A program made the translations under genes and the position numbers. The notes beneath the pieces were generated by a model, which was not told the origin of the DNA, did not search any database, and was given only the letters and a program-made list of their open reading frames with translations. A stretch of 49,068 bases of DNA from Frankiaceae bacterium (GTDB lineage Bacteria; Actinomycetota; Actinomycetes; JAFAQI01): contig JAVEEG010000081.1 in assembly GCA_030840585.1 (NCBI GenBank), positions 1-49,068 on the forward strand. Direction: 5' to 3'. This document shows positions 8,727 to 18,279 of the stretch, piece by piece. Every line of letters starts with the position of its first letter. Position 1 is the first letter of the stretch.

Positions 8727-9239
8727 TTAGCCGCCGACCGGAGCCAGGAAGGTGAACGACCCGACCGTCTCGCCGTGCGCGTCGTGGATCGGGGCGGCGG
8801 AGGCGTCGACGGTCTGCCGGCTGCCGTCGCTCTGCCGGACCCGCAGCAAGCTGCGCATCAGCCCGTGCCCGGGCGAGAGCACCGCGATCGGCGCGATCCG
8901 TACGGCGTAGTCCGGCCGGGAGCCGCCGGTCTCGAAGTCGACGAGGTCGATCACGTCGAGCAGCCGGCGGCCGATGATCGCGATATCGCTGCACCCGAGC
9001 AGCTCCGCGCCGCGGGTGGACACCGACAGGATCTGGCCTTCGGTGTCGAGGACGAGGCAGGGGTCGTGCGCCGCGGCCGCCGTAGCGATCCAGCGGGCCA
9101 GCGGGGTGGACGCCGCCGGGGCGCGGCCGTTGTCACCGAGGTCGACGACGTGATTCGCCGTCGCGGTGCTGCGCTGGGTGGGGGCCGTGACCACCTCTTC
9201 GCCGTGCAGCCGCTCAAGCCGCAGGATGAGCCTGGTCAC
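8727..9239 (-). CDS. PAS domain-containing protein
   Basis: 170 aa with a PAS-like core (PCLVLDTEGQILSVSTRGAELLG...IGRRLLDVI...). Its GTG start overlaps the upstream stop (GTGA). Confidence 0.6.
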   Translation of the reverse strand: MTRLILRLERLHGEEVVTAPTQRSTATANHVVDLGDNGRAPAASTPLARWIATAAAAHDPCLVLDTEGQILSVSTRGAELLGCSDIAIIGRRLLDVIDLVDFETGGSRPDYAVRIAPIAVLSPGHGLMRSLLRVRQSDGSRQTVDASAAPIHDAHGETVGSFTFLAPVGG

Positions 9240-10435
9240 GAATCTCCCCCCTGGTTGACCTCGTCATTGTGACGCAGAGTTACCGGCCGCGCCATGCGGA
9301 CCGGGAGTAAAAGCAGCAGGACAAGCGCCATCAGACCGAACCCATCCTGGACTATTCGACCTACCGGCACGAGGGTCCTTCCCGCCGCGGCGTGCGATCC
9401 AAGCCAAGGGATCCGGAGGACGAAAAACCCCCAAACCACGCTCGCGACGGCCAATTGCTGCCAATTCCGGCCGGTCCCGATCAGCACGCCGATGACCAGC
9501 GGCAGCCACACCAGGTGGTGGATCCAGGAGACCGGGGACACCAGAACAGCGGTCAACCCGACCAGCGCGACCGCCGTGACCTCCGCCCCGCGGCGCGAGG
9601 CCGCGCGGGCGCGCCAGAGCCCGATCACGGCGACGATGACCGCGGAGAGTAACCAGGCGATTGCAACCGCCCGGCTGTGGCCGGGCAGCGCCCGCAGCCA
9701 CATCCCGCGCAGCGACTGGTTCGACGTACCGGCGTTCGACCGCAGCCGCTCGGTGTGGAACAGCGCGTCGGTCCAGTACCGGTGCGAGTCGGCGGGAAGG
9801 ATCGCCGCCGCGGCCAGGGTGCACCCGGCGAAGGTCGCCGCAGCGGTCAGGGCCGCCCGGCGGCTGCCCCGGACGAACAGGTAGACGACGAACACCGCCG
9901 GGGTCAGCTTGACCGCGGTCGCGATGCCGATCAGCACCCCTTGCGTACGGCGGGGGCGCAGGCAATCGAGCACGCACAGCAACGCGAGCAGCTCGTCGAC
10001 CTGGCCGAACTTGATCTCGTCACGCAGCGGCAGGGTCAGCGTCAGCAGCCCGGCGAGCAGCCCGAGCAGCAGCGGCCACCACTGGCCGAACCGGCGCAGC
10101 AAGGGCCGGAAGCCGACCGCGGTGAGCCCGACCGTGCAGGCGAGCTCGCCGAGGGTCCAGACGATCCCGGCGGCGGCGAACGACAGCCAGGCGAGCGGCA
10201 CCGCGAGCAGCGCGGCGAACGGTGGATACGTGAACGGCAGCCGCTGCGGCGGATGGCTCAGGTACCCGTAGAGGTCGCGGCCGTGCAGCACCGACGTACC
10301 CGCGTTGCGGTAGACGTCGAGGTCGACCAGCCGCTCGGCCGGGGTCGCGGTGAGCCGGGCGACGACCAGCCAGCCGACGAGCACCGCGAACACGACGAGT
10401 CCGGCGACGGCAGCCGCCGCCAGCCGGCGGTGCAT
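9236..10435 (-). CDS. GT87/DUF2029 family polyprenol-phosphate-dependent glycosyl(mannosyl)transferase
   Basis: Multi-TM protein with DLDVYRNAG...LYGY...FTYPPFAALL near the N-terminus. ATG at 10435 (MHRRLAAAAVAGLVVF); the track ORF extends spuriously to 10648. Confidence 0.75.
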   Translation of the reverse strand: MHRRLAAAAVAGLVVFAVLVGWLVVARLTATPAERLVDLDVYRNAGTSVLHGRDLYGYLSHPPQRLPFTYPPFAALLAVPLAWLSFAAAGIVWTLGELACTVGLTAVGFRPLLRRFGQWWPLLLGLLAGLLTLTLPLRDEIKFGQVDELLALLCVLDCLRPRRTQGVLIGIATAVKLTPAVFVVYLFVRGSRRAALTAAATFAGCTLAAAAILPADSHRYWTDALFHTERLRSNAGTSNQSLRGMWLRALPGHSRAVAIAWLLSAVIVAVIGLWRARAASRRGAEVTAVALVGLTAVLVSPVSWIHHLVWLPLVIGVLIGTGRNWQQLAVASVVWGFFVLRIPWLGSHAAAGRTLVPVGRIVQDGFGLMALVLLLLLPVRMARPVTLRHNDEVNQGGDS

Positions 10436-10514
10436 GCAGCAGATGAAAGCAGAGCCGCCGACGCTGCCTATCGGCGAGGGAATATCCGCCGCGCTCGGCG
10501 GGGAGAACGAAGCA

Positions 10515-11483
10515 ATGAATCGCACCACGACTCCGCTGGCCGACGACCTTTCGGCCGCGTTGCAACTCTCCGACCCCAGTGCCCTCGATGCGCTGGGGTC
10601 GCGCCGTCCGGCCGACCAGCGGGATCGGTTCGCGACCCTGCTGCACATTTACGAGCTGCACACGGCACCGCTGGAGCGGGTCGGTACGGCGGCGCGCTGG
10701 CAGCATCACCCGGCCGTCGCCGCGCTGAAGCAGACCTGCGAAGCGGAGTGGCTGTCCGAGCTCGAACAACTCTCACTCCCCGGTGACTTGGCCGAAGCCG
10801 ACGCGGTCGACGCGATGCGAGCGCTCGCCGCCCGCGACCGGCTGCCGGACATCTACAAGTGGCTGGCGCGCACGGCGAGTTGGCCCGAGGTCGTGCACTT
10901 CCTCGCCCTCGAAGGCGGCCCGGACGCGGGCTTCGACGACCTCGTCGCGGTCTGCCAGGTCGGGCTGTCCGGCCCGGCCAAGATGGAGCTCGCGACGAAC
11001 TACTGGGACGAGATGGGTGACGGTTCACCCGACGACGTGCACACGACGTTGCACGACCGGTTGGCCGCGGCGATCGAGATGCCGGCCATCCCGCTCGACG
11101 AGCAGCCGGTCACGGCGCTGGCCCGCACTGCGCTCGGTGGCCTCTTCGCGACGAACCGCTGGCTGCAACCGGAGATGCTCGGCGCGCTCGGCCTGATCGA
11201 GTTGCAGGCGGGCCCGCGCTGCCGGCTAGTGCTCCAGGCGTTCGACCGGTGCGGCGCACCGGAGGCGGCGTACCCCTTCTACGAAGTGCACGCCGAGGTC
11301 GATCCGCGGCACGGCAAGGACTGGCTGGAGAAGGCGATCGAGCCGACGGTTCGCGACCATCCGGACTGGGCCGAACGCATCGTCCGGGGTGCGCTGTGGC
11401 GCAGTGCGGTCAACGCCGCGTTCCTCGCCGACGTCACGACGATGCTGGCGGAACCCGAGCTGGCTGAGGTGACCGCCGCGTAG
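10515..11483 (+). CDS. Heme-oxygenase-like diiron (iron-containing redox enzyme, PF14518-type) protein
   Basis: Carboxylate/His ligand pattern: LALEGG, NYWDEMGDG...VHTTLH, LIELQAG, YEVHAEVDPRHG. GGGGAGAA SD lies before ATG 10515. Confidence 0.65.
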   Translation: MNRTTTPLADDLSAALQLSDPSALDALGSRRPADQRDRFATLLHIYELHTAPLERVGTAARWQHHPAVAALKQTCEAEWLSELEQLSLPGDLAEADAVDAMRALAARDRLPDIYKWLARTASWPEVVHFLALEGGPDAGFDDLVAVCQVGLSGPAKMELATNYWDEMGDGSPDDVHTTLHDRLAAAIEMPAIPLDEQPVTALARTALGGLFATNRWLQPEMLGALGLIELQAGPRCRLVLQAFDRCGAPEAAYPFYEVHAEVDPRHGKDWLEKAIEPTVRDHPDWAERIVRGALWRSAVNAAFLADVTTMLAEPELAEVTAA

Positions 11484-11493
11484 GCTTCGCGCC

Positions 11494-12708
11494 GTGAGCC
11501 CTGTCGTCCGCACCGGGGGCGTCCAGAGCGAAGTCGGGCGGCTGCGCACCGTCGTCCTGCATCGCCCCGGGCCGGAGCTCAAGCGGCTCACGCCACGCAA
11601 CTCCGCCGACCTGCTCTTCGACGCGATCCCCTGGGTCGAACGGGCACAGGAAGAGCACGACGTGTTCGCCGCTGCGTTGCGCGACCACGGGGTCGAGGTG
11701 CTCTACCTCGGCGAGTTGTTGGTCGAGACGCTGGCGGCTTCGCCCGACGCGCGTGCGGCCGTGATCGCGCACACGCTCGACGACCCGCAGCTCGGCCGGA
11801 CGTTGCGCCGCGAGGTCGGCGCCTGCCTCGAATCACTTGATCCGAGCGAGCTCGCCGCCGTACTCGTCGGCGGGCTCGCGCACGAGGAACTCCAGCGCGG
11901 CTCCGGCCTCGTCTACCAGCTGATGAACCCGCACGATTTCGTCGTACCGCCGCTGCCCAACCTGCTGTTCACCCGGGACAGCGCGGTGTGGATCGGATCG
12001 TCCGTCGCGGTCACCAGCCCGAGCATGCCGGCCCGGCGACGGGAGACCTGGCTCACCGAAGCCGTCTACACCCATCACCCGAATTTCGTTGGTACGCAAC
12101 GGATTTATTCACCCGGCGAGGAATGGCTGGAGGGCGGCGACGTGCTCGCGCTCGCGCCCGGAGTGCTGGCGATCGGCGTCGGCCAACGGACCACGCCGGC
12201 CGGTGCGGAGACGCTCGCCGCGCGAGTCTTCGACGCCGGTCTCGCGCACGCGGTCGTCGTCGTACCGATCAAGCAAGAGCGGGCGACGATGCATCTCGAC
12301 ACCGTCTGCACGATGGTCGACCACGACGCTGTCGTCATGTATCCGGCCGTCGCCGACAGTCTCGTCGCGCACGTCGTCACCCCGGCCGAAGACGGTCACG
12401 TCACCGTCGCCGCACCGGAACCGTTCCTGCGCGCCGCCGCGCGGGTGATGGGCATCGACACGTTGCGGGTCATCGACACCGGCCTCGATCCGGTCACCGC
12501 CGAACGCGAGCAGTGGGACGACGGCAACAACACCCTCGCGATCGCACCGCGCCTCTGCGTCGCGTACGAACGCAACATCGAAACCAACACCCGCCTCGAA
12601 GCAGCCGGCATCGAGGTCGTCCGGATCCCCGGCAGCGAGCTCGGCACCGGCCGCGGCGGGCCGCGATGCATGAGCTGCCCGGTTACGCGCGAGCCGGTTG
12701 ACCGGTGA
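11494..12708 (+). CDS. arcA: Arginine deiminase
   Basis: VQSEVGRLRTVVLHRPG, LLFTRDS, EGGDVL, MHLDTVCTMVD, and a C-terminal GGPRCMSCP catalytic-Cys motif. Confidence 0.92.
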   Translation: MSPVVRTGGVQSEVGRLRTVVLHRPGPELKRLTPRNSADLLFDAIPWVERAQEEHDVFAAALRDHGVEVLYLGELLVETLAASPDARAAVIAHTLDDPQLGRTLRREVGACLESLDPSELAAVLVGGLAHEELQRGSGLVYQLMNPHDFVVPPLPNLLFTRDSAVWIGSSVAVTSPSMPARRRETWLTEAVYTHHPNFVGTQRIYSPGEEWLEGGDVLALAPGVLAIGVGQRTTPAGAETLAARVFDAGLAHAVVVVPIKQERATMHLDTVCTMVDHDAVVMYPAVADSLVAHVVTPAEDGHVTVAAPEPFLRAAARVMGIDTLRVIDTGLDPVTAEREQWDDGNNTLAIAPRLCVAYERNIETNTRLEAAGIEVVRIPGSELGTGRGGPRCMSCPVTREPVDR

Positions 12709-13543
12709 GTTGCCGGCGTACCGCCGCTGGTCGGTTCGTGATGATGACGTCGACACCCAACTCGACGACGTAGTCGACGTCCTCGGGCTCATCGACGGTC
12801 CAGACATGGACCGGCACTCCGTGCGCGTGCGACCGCTCGACGTACGACGGGACCGCCCGCAGCGCGCGCAATGAAGGCCCGACCGCGTCGGCCGGGCTCG
12901 GCGGAACACCGTCGCGCAACCGCAGCGGCACCCGCTGCATCAGGTAGACGGTCGGTACCGCGGGGGCGAGGGCGCGCAGCCGGCGCAGGCTCGACGACGC
13001 GAAACTCATCACCCGCGCGGGCGACCGACCCTCGGTGTCCGGCCGGTCGAGCCCGAACCGGGCGAGCAGATCGGCAAGGGTCAGTTCGACGAGTCCGGCG
13101 TAACGGGTCGGGTGCTTGGTCTCGATCGCGATCTCGACCCGCCGGCCGCAGTCGGCGACGGTTTCGAGCAGCCGCTCGAGGGTCAACACCCGGCGGTCGC
13201 CTTCGTCGCCGTCCGGCGCGTGCTCGAGGTCCGGCGCCTCGCCCCGGGACGGATGCCACGACGCGAAGTCGAGCTCCGCGAGGTCGGCCAGCTCCAGCGT
13301 GGACACGACGCCGTGGCCGTCGCTGGTGCGATCGACCCGCCGGTCGTGGACGCAGACGAGGACGCCGTCGCGGGTGAGCCGGACGTCGCACTCCAGCGCG
13401 TCGGCGCCCGAGGCGATGGCGTGCCGGTAGGCCGCGAGGGTGTGTTCGGCGGCGTCGTCGGAGGCCCCGCGGTGGGCGACAACCTGAGGCAGGCCCGGGA
13501 CGAGCGGCACCGCCACATGCTGGCACGAGACGGCGAGCACCAT
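12683..13543 (-). CDS. Glycerophosphodiester phosphodiesterase family protein
   Basis: VVAHRGAS...EHTLAAY...GADALECDVRLTRDGVLVCVHD, and C-terminal VHVWTVDEPEDV...GVDVIITNRP. Confidence 0.88.
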   Translation of the reverse strand: MVLAVSCQHVAVPLVPGLPQVVAHRGASDDAAEHTLAAYRHAIASGADALECDVRLTRDGVLVCVHDRRVDRTSDGHGVVSTLELADLAELDFASWHPSRGEAPDLEHAPDGDEGDRRVLTLERLLETVADCGRRVEIAIETKHPTRYAGLVELTLADLLARFGLDRPDTEGRSPARVMSFASSSLRRLRALAPAVPTVYLMQRVPLRLRDGVPPSPADAVGPSLRALRAVPSYVERSHAHGVPVHVWTVDEPEDVDYVVELGVDVIITNRPAAVRRQLTGQPARA

Positions 13544-13595
13544 CCGGCCTTATCCTGAACGTGCGGAAAACACCGCATTGTCCGGGGAGGCCGAG

Positions 13596-14951
13596 GTGAG
13601 CGGGCTACCGGGAATGCGCGCGTGCCTGGCGGTAGTCCTCGGCGCGGCCGGACTGACGGTGCTCTCACCCGGTGTCGCGGCCGCGCAGACCTACTACTTC
13701 GAGGGCGAGACCACCGCGACCGCGGTGCACCTGACCCTCACCCAGAAGCCGGCCAGTTCACTGATCACCGCCGGCCTGGTCGACGACGCCGCGGGTTACG
13801 CCGCGAGCGCGTACGACTCGAGCGGCAGCAGCGAGGCGCAGGCCGCGCCGCTGTATCCCGGCAACCTCGTGGTGCAAGGGCCGAGCCTGTTGTGCGCCGA
13901 CGTGTTCGGCAGCGATCCGTTCCCGGCCTGCCCGATCCCACCGCCGCCGTACCCGCTGCTCGCCGACGCGAGCTACCCGCGGTCGAAGCAAGCGCACGCG
14001 CAGACCAATCAGTCGCCGGTAGGCTCCGGGCCGTTCGTCCTCACCCCCGCGCACGCCGAGGCGACCGCGACCGAGAACGCCAACGAGGGATCGACGGCCG
14101 GTACGGCGCTGTCGGTGCTCGCGGGCTCGCCCGCGGCCGTCACCGTCGGCGCCGCCACCGCACACTCGACCCTGCACGCGACCGCAGGTGCCATCACGAT
14201 GCACGTCGAGTCGGCGGTCAGCGACATCACGATCGCGGGCCTCGTGCACATCGCGGCGGTGCACGCGATCGACGACGTCACCGTGTCCGCGGCCGGCAAG
14301 CCGATCGACCATCCGCGGATCACCGTCACCGGCGTCACGGTGGCGGGGCAGCCGGCGAGCATCGACGGCGACGGCATTCACATCGCCGGGCAGAACGGTC
14401 CGTCGCTGGCGCAGCAGGTGGCCCAGCAAGGTGTCACGTTGCGCACCGTTGGCGTCAACCGCTCCGACGCGACCCGGTCCGCCCGCAGTGACGCGACCGG
14501 CCTGGCGATCGGCTTCAGCGTGCCGGTCTCCGGTTTGCCATACATCCCTAATCCGTTCCCGCCGCCGTTCGACGCGGTGCCCGGGGTGAACGCGAACGGG
14601 ACGTACGTCGGCACCATCACCCTCGGGTCGGCCGGTGCGGTCGCCGCTGGTCAGACGCAGCCGGGGTTCGATCTCGGCGGCATCATCACACCGGTGACGA
14701 CGGCCGGCACGACCGCGCCGCCGGTCACCGTGCCGCCGGCCGCGCCCGGGTCGGCGCCGCAAGCCGTCACCGCGAAGCCGCCGGCTTCCGCCCCGGTCGT
14801 TGCGGATCGGCCGGTGTTCGTTCGGGTCTTCCTCGACGCGTTCTCGATCCGCGACCTCTACGCCGTACTGGCCATCGGCATGGTGGCGATGTTCGTCGGC
14901 TGGCGTGCGTTGTTGGCGCTGCGATTGCTGCGGCGGCGGAGAAGCGCATGA
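13596..14951 (+). CDS. Secreted, C-terminally membrane-anchored protein of unknown function
   Basis: GGGGAGG SD lies before GTG 13596 (the track ORF starts at TTG 13578). It has a signal peptide ...GVAAAQT, an Ala/Thr/Val-rich beta-like body, a Pro-rich stalk, and a C-terminal TM followed by RRRR. Confidence 0.6.
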   Translation: MSGLPGMRACLAVVLGAAGLTVLSPGVAAAQTYYFEGETTATAVHLTLTQKPASSLITAGLVDDAAGYAASAYDSSGSSEAQAAPLYPGNLVVQGPSLLCADVFGSDPFPACPIPPPPYPLLADASYPRSKQAHAQTNQSPVGSGPFVLTPAHAEATATENANEGSTAGTALSVLAGSPAAVTVGAATAHSTLHATAGAITMHVESAVSDITIAGLVHIAAVHAIDDVTVSAAGKPIDHPRITVTGVTVAGQPASIDGDGIHIAGQNGPSLAQQVAQQGVTLRTVGVNRSDATRSARSDATGLAIGFSVPVSGLPYIPNPFPPPFDAVPGVNANGTYVGTITLGSAGAVAAGQTQPGFDLGGIITPVTTAGTTAPPVTVPPAAPGSAPQAVTAKPPASAPVVADRPVFVRVFLDAFSIRDLYAVLAIGMVAMFVGWRALLALRLLRRRRSA

Positions 14952-15511
14952 CGCAGGCCGCCGAGTCGGCGCCGCGATCCCGGCAGCGGGCGGGCGCCGA
15001 TGCGCCGCTCGACCTGCCCGATCGCCGGGTCTTCTGGCAGTGGGTCTGGTCCGCCATCCGACCGATCGTCGGGTGGGCACTGGCGATCGCCGGTGCGGTC
15101 GCGCTGTTCGTCGGCTGGTGGGGCGTCTCCGGTGAGGCGCTGACCTCGAAGCAGATCCCCTACCTCGTCTCGGCCGGGCTGACCGGGGTCGCGTTGTTCA
15201 TCCTGGCCGGCGTCTTCCTCGCGACCGACGACATCCGGCGGCAGTTTGGGCAGATCGCCGAGTTGCAGCGCAAGGTCGACGATCTGTACGCGTTGTTCGC
15301 CGCGGACATCGCCGCCGGCGAGAGCGACTCGGTGGTGACCGGCATCGATCCGCCGGCGTACGTCGCGCTGCCGACCGGATCGTCGTACCACCGTCCGGAC
15401 TGCGCGCTGGTCGCGGGCAAGCGGGAGGCCGCGCCGACCGACGCAGCGGCGGTGCGCGACCGGGGTCTGTCGCCGTGCCGGGTGTGCTCGCCCGGCCGCC
15501 CGACGGCCTGA
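14948..15511 (+). CDS. Membrane protein with a C-terminal His/Cys cluster
   Basis: ATGA overlap with the upstream gene. Contains 2-3 TMs, a short coiled coil, and the C-terminal YHRPDC...SPCRVC. Confidence 0.6.
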   Translation: MTQAAESAPRSRQRAGADAPLDLPDRRVFWQWVWSAIRPIVGWALAIAGAVALFVGWWGVSGEALTSKQIPYLVSAGLTGVALFILAGVFLATDDIRRQFGQIAELQRKVDDLYALFAADIAAGESDSVVTGIDPPAYVALPTGSSYHRPDCALVAGKREAAPTDAAAVRDRGLSPCRVCSPGRPTA

Positions 15512-15523
15512 CCTCCGCGGCTC

Positions 15524-17488
15524 GTGCTCGCACTCGACTACCTGTTCGCCGGGCTGGCGCTCGGTGCGGTGGCGGCGCTGTCCGGTGTCGGCATGCTGGT
15601 CACCTATCGAGCCACCGGCGTGTTCAACATGGCGCACGGCGCGGTCGCGATGCTGGCGGCGTACCTCTACTGGCAGCTCACCGATCCGTGGGGCGTGCCG
15701 GAGTGGATCGCCGCGCTGATCATCCTGCTCGGGTTTGCGCCCGCGTTCGGTGCGCTGGCTGAGCGGGTCGTCTTCCGGCCGCTGCAACGCCGGTTCGCGT
15801 CGCCAGCGGAGTCGTTGGTCGCGACCATCGGCATCCTGGTGTTGCTGCTCGGTGTCGCGTACATGGTGTGGGGGCAGCAGACCCGGCATCCGCCGTCGCT
15901 GTTCCCGAACGACGTGGTGCATCCGGGCGGGCTCACGGTGCACATCGAGGCGTTCGCGGACCTCGGTGCGGTCGCCGTCGGCACTCTGGGTCTCGGGCTG
16001 TTGCTACGTCTCACCCCACTCGGCACCCAGATCCGCGCGGTCGTCGATCGACGTGATCTGGCCGAGCTGTCGGGGGTCGACGCCGACCGGGTCGCGGCGA
16101 TCGGCTGGGCGCTCGGATCGGTCTTCGCCGCGTTGACCGGGATCCTGCTCGCGTCGCAGCTGTCGCTGGATCCGTTCAATCTCACGTTGGTTGTACTGGA
16201 GACGTTCGCGATGCCGGTGATCGCCGGGCTGACGAACATTCCGATCGCGGTCGCGGCCGGCATCGCCCTCGGCATCGGGTCGAGCGAGATGAACCTGTTC
16301 TCGCCCGGGCCCGGTCCGATCTTCGACATCTGGAACGCGCTGCACGCCAACCTGCCGGTGGTGCTGTTGCTGATCGCGCTGCTCGTGCGGCAGCGGCTCG
16401 CGCAGAGTGGCGACGCGGGCATGGCAACGACGTTCGCGCAACGCCGCGCGGCCGAGCCGACGATCCCGATGATGGCGTTGCAGTACGGGCTCGCCGCGCT
16501 CGCATTGTTCGCGCCGTTGCTGCTCGATCCCGTGCACCTACGGCAGGCACAAGCGGTGCCGGCGCTGGCCATCATCTTCGTGTCGCTGGTGGCAGTGACC
16601 GGCTACAGCGGGCAGATCTCGCTCGGGCAGGCGGGGTACGCCGGGCTCGGTGCGCTGTTCTGCGCGAAGGTCAGCGGTGACACCCCCGAACTCGTGGCGT
16701 TGCTCGTCGGCGCGCTCGCGGCCGGCATCGTCGGGTTCGCCACCGGTTACCCCGCGATCCGGCGGCGCGGGCTGTTCCTCGCGTTGACGACATTCGCGGT
16801 CGGCACGTTCGTCAGCCGGTTCGTGTTCCAGCAGCCGTACTTCACCAACGGCGTGACCGTACGGCGACCGTCGTTGTTCGGGTTGTCGTTGTCCGGCGAT
16901 CACGCGTTCTACCTGTTCGAGCTGGCGATGCTCGCGATCGCGTTCCTGATCATGTACAACCTGCGCTCCGGTGCGCTCGGCCGATCGTTGATTGCCATTC
17001 GGGACAACGAGGACGGCGCGCGAGCGGTCGGGGTCGACGTACGCGCGTTGAAGGTGCTGATCTTCACGGTGAGCGCGATGCTCGCCGGTCTCGGCGGCGC
17101 GTTGCTGACCCAGCAGAAGCTGGCGTTCGACCCGACCGACTTCGATCCGCTCGCGGCCAGCCTGCCGTGGTTCACCGTCGTCGTCGTGTTCGGCGCGGAC
17201 AGTGCGGCCGCAGCGGTGGCCGGCGCGGGTCTCGTCGTACTGGTCAACTCACTCGTCGGGCAGGCGGCGGCGTACGAGATCATGGTCGGCCTGCTAGCCG
17301 CGTTCCTCGGCCGGCTGCCCGGCGGTGTTGCCGAGTTGAACCGGCGCGCGGTCGAGTGGGTGCGCACGCCGCGGGCGCTGATGCGCAGGTACGTCGAACA
17401 GACCGCGCCGCGGCCGGCGCCAGTGCTGTCGGCGCGCGGCCGGGCGGCGCTCGATCGGCTGCGCGCGGCGCGGGCGGAGCGGTCATGA
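15524..17488 (+). CDS. Fused branched-chain amino acid ABC transporter permease (LivH-LivM)
   Basis: 654 aa. The N-terminal half is LivH-like (YRATGVFNMAHGA) and the C-terminal half is LivM-like (GYSGQISLGQAGYAGLGA). Confidence 0.85.
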   Translation: MLALDYLFAGLALGAVAALSGVGMLVTYRATGVFNMAHGAVAMLAAYLYWQLTDPWGVPEWIAALIILLGFAPAFGALAERVVFRPLQRRFASPAESLVATIGILVLLLGVAYMVWGQQTRHPPSLFPNDVVHPGGLTVHIEAFADLGAVAVGTLGLGLLLRLTPLGTQIRAVVDRRDLAELSGVDADRVAAIGWALGSVFAALTGILLASQLSLDPFNLTLVVLETFAMPVIAGLTNIPIAVAAGIALGIGSSEMNLFSPGPGPIFDIWNALHANLPVVLLLIALLVRQRLAQSGDAGMATTFAQRRAAEPTIPMMALQYGLAALALFAPLLLDPVHLRQAQAVPALAIIFVSLVAVTGYSGQISLGQAGYAGLGALFCAKVSGDTPELVALLVGALAAGIVGFATGYPAIRRRGLFLALTTFAVGTFVSRFVFQQPYFTNGVTVRRPSLFGLSLSGDHAFYLFELAMLAIAFLIMYNLRSGALGRSLIAIRDNEDGARAVGVDVRALKVLIFTVSAMLAGLGGALLTQQKLAFDPTDFDPLAASLPWFTVVVVFGADSAAAAVAGAGLVVLVNSLVGQAAAYEIMVGLLAAFLGRLPGGVAELNRRAVEWVRTPRALMRRYVEQTAPRPAPVLSARGRAALDRLRAARAERS

Positions 17489-18279
17489 GCAGTGGCGCGC
17501 GGCTGGAGGGGATCGGCATCACCCGGCGGTACGGCGGGCTGACCGCGGTCGACGACGTATCGGTTGTTGCTGAGCCCGGTCGGGTGACGGCGCTGATCGG
17601 GCCGAACGGCGCCGGCAAGACGACGTTGTTCCAGTGCTTGACGGGGTCCGAGCGGCCGGACAGCGGGCGGGTGTTGCTCGACGGCCGCGACATCACCCGG
17701 CTGTCGCCGGACGCGCGAGCCCGGCTCGGGATCGGCCGGACGTTCCAACGGCTCGCGGTCTTTCCGACGATGACCGTCGCGGACAATCTCGGCGTCGGCG
17801 CGGAGAACCGTACGCGCGGGCCGGCGGTGTGGCGAGTCGGTGGATTGTTGTTGGGAATCCTGGGTTTTCCGGTCGTAGACACCGACCGGCATCAGCGCAC
17901 GGTGGACGAGACGTTGGCGTTGTTGCGGCTCGACGGCGTGCGCGATGTCGCAGCCGGCGCGTTGCCGACGGGGACGTTGCGGCTGGTCGAGTTGGGCCGC
18001 GCATTGTGCAACGACCCGGCGGTGCTGTTGCTGGACGAGCCGGCCAGCGGATTGGACACGACGGAGACGGACAACCTGCAGCACGTCATCCGGCAGGTGG
18101 CCGCGGACGGAGTCGCTGTACTGCTGGTGGAGCACGACGTCGACCTCGTGTTCGGTGTTGCGGACACGGTGTACGCGATGGCCGAGGGCCGGCTGATCGC
18201 GTCCGGGCAACCGGACGACGTACGCGCGCATCCGGCGGTGCAGGCGGCGTACCTCGACGTCATGGCGGCGGATCGATGA
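17485..18279 (+). CDS. ABC transporter ATP-binding protein (LivG-like)
   Basis: Walker A GPNGAGKTT, signature ASGLD, Walker B LLLDEP. ATG overlaps the permease stop. Confidence 0.9.
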   Translation: MSSGARLEGIGITRRYGGLTAVDDVSVVAEPGRVTALIGPNGAGKTTLFQCLTGSERPDSGRVLLDGRDITRLSPDARARLGIGRTFQRLAVFPTMTVADNLGVGAENRTRGPAVWRVGGLLLGILGFPVVDTDRHQRTVDETLALLRLDGVRDVAAGALPTGTLRLVELGRALCNDPAVLLLDEPASGLDTTETDNLQHVIRQVAADGVAVLLVEHDVDLVFGVADTVYAMAEGRLIASGQPDDVRAHPAVQAAYLDVMAADR

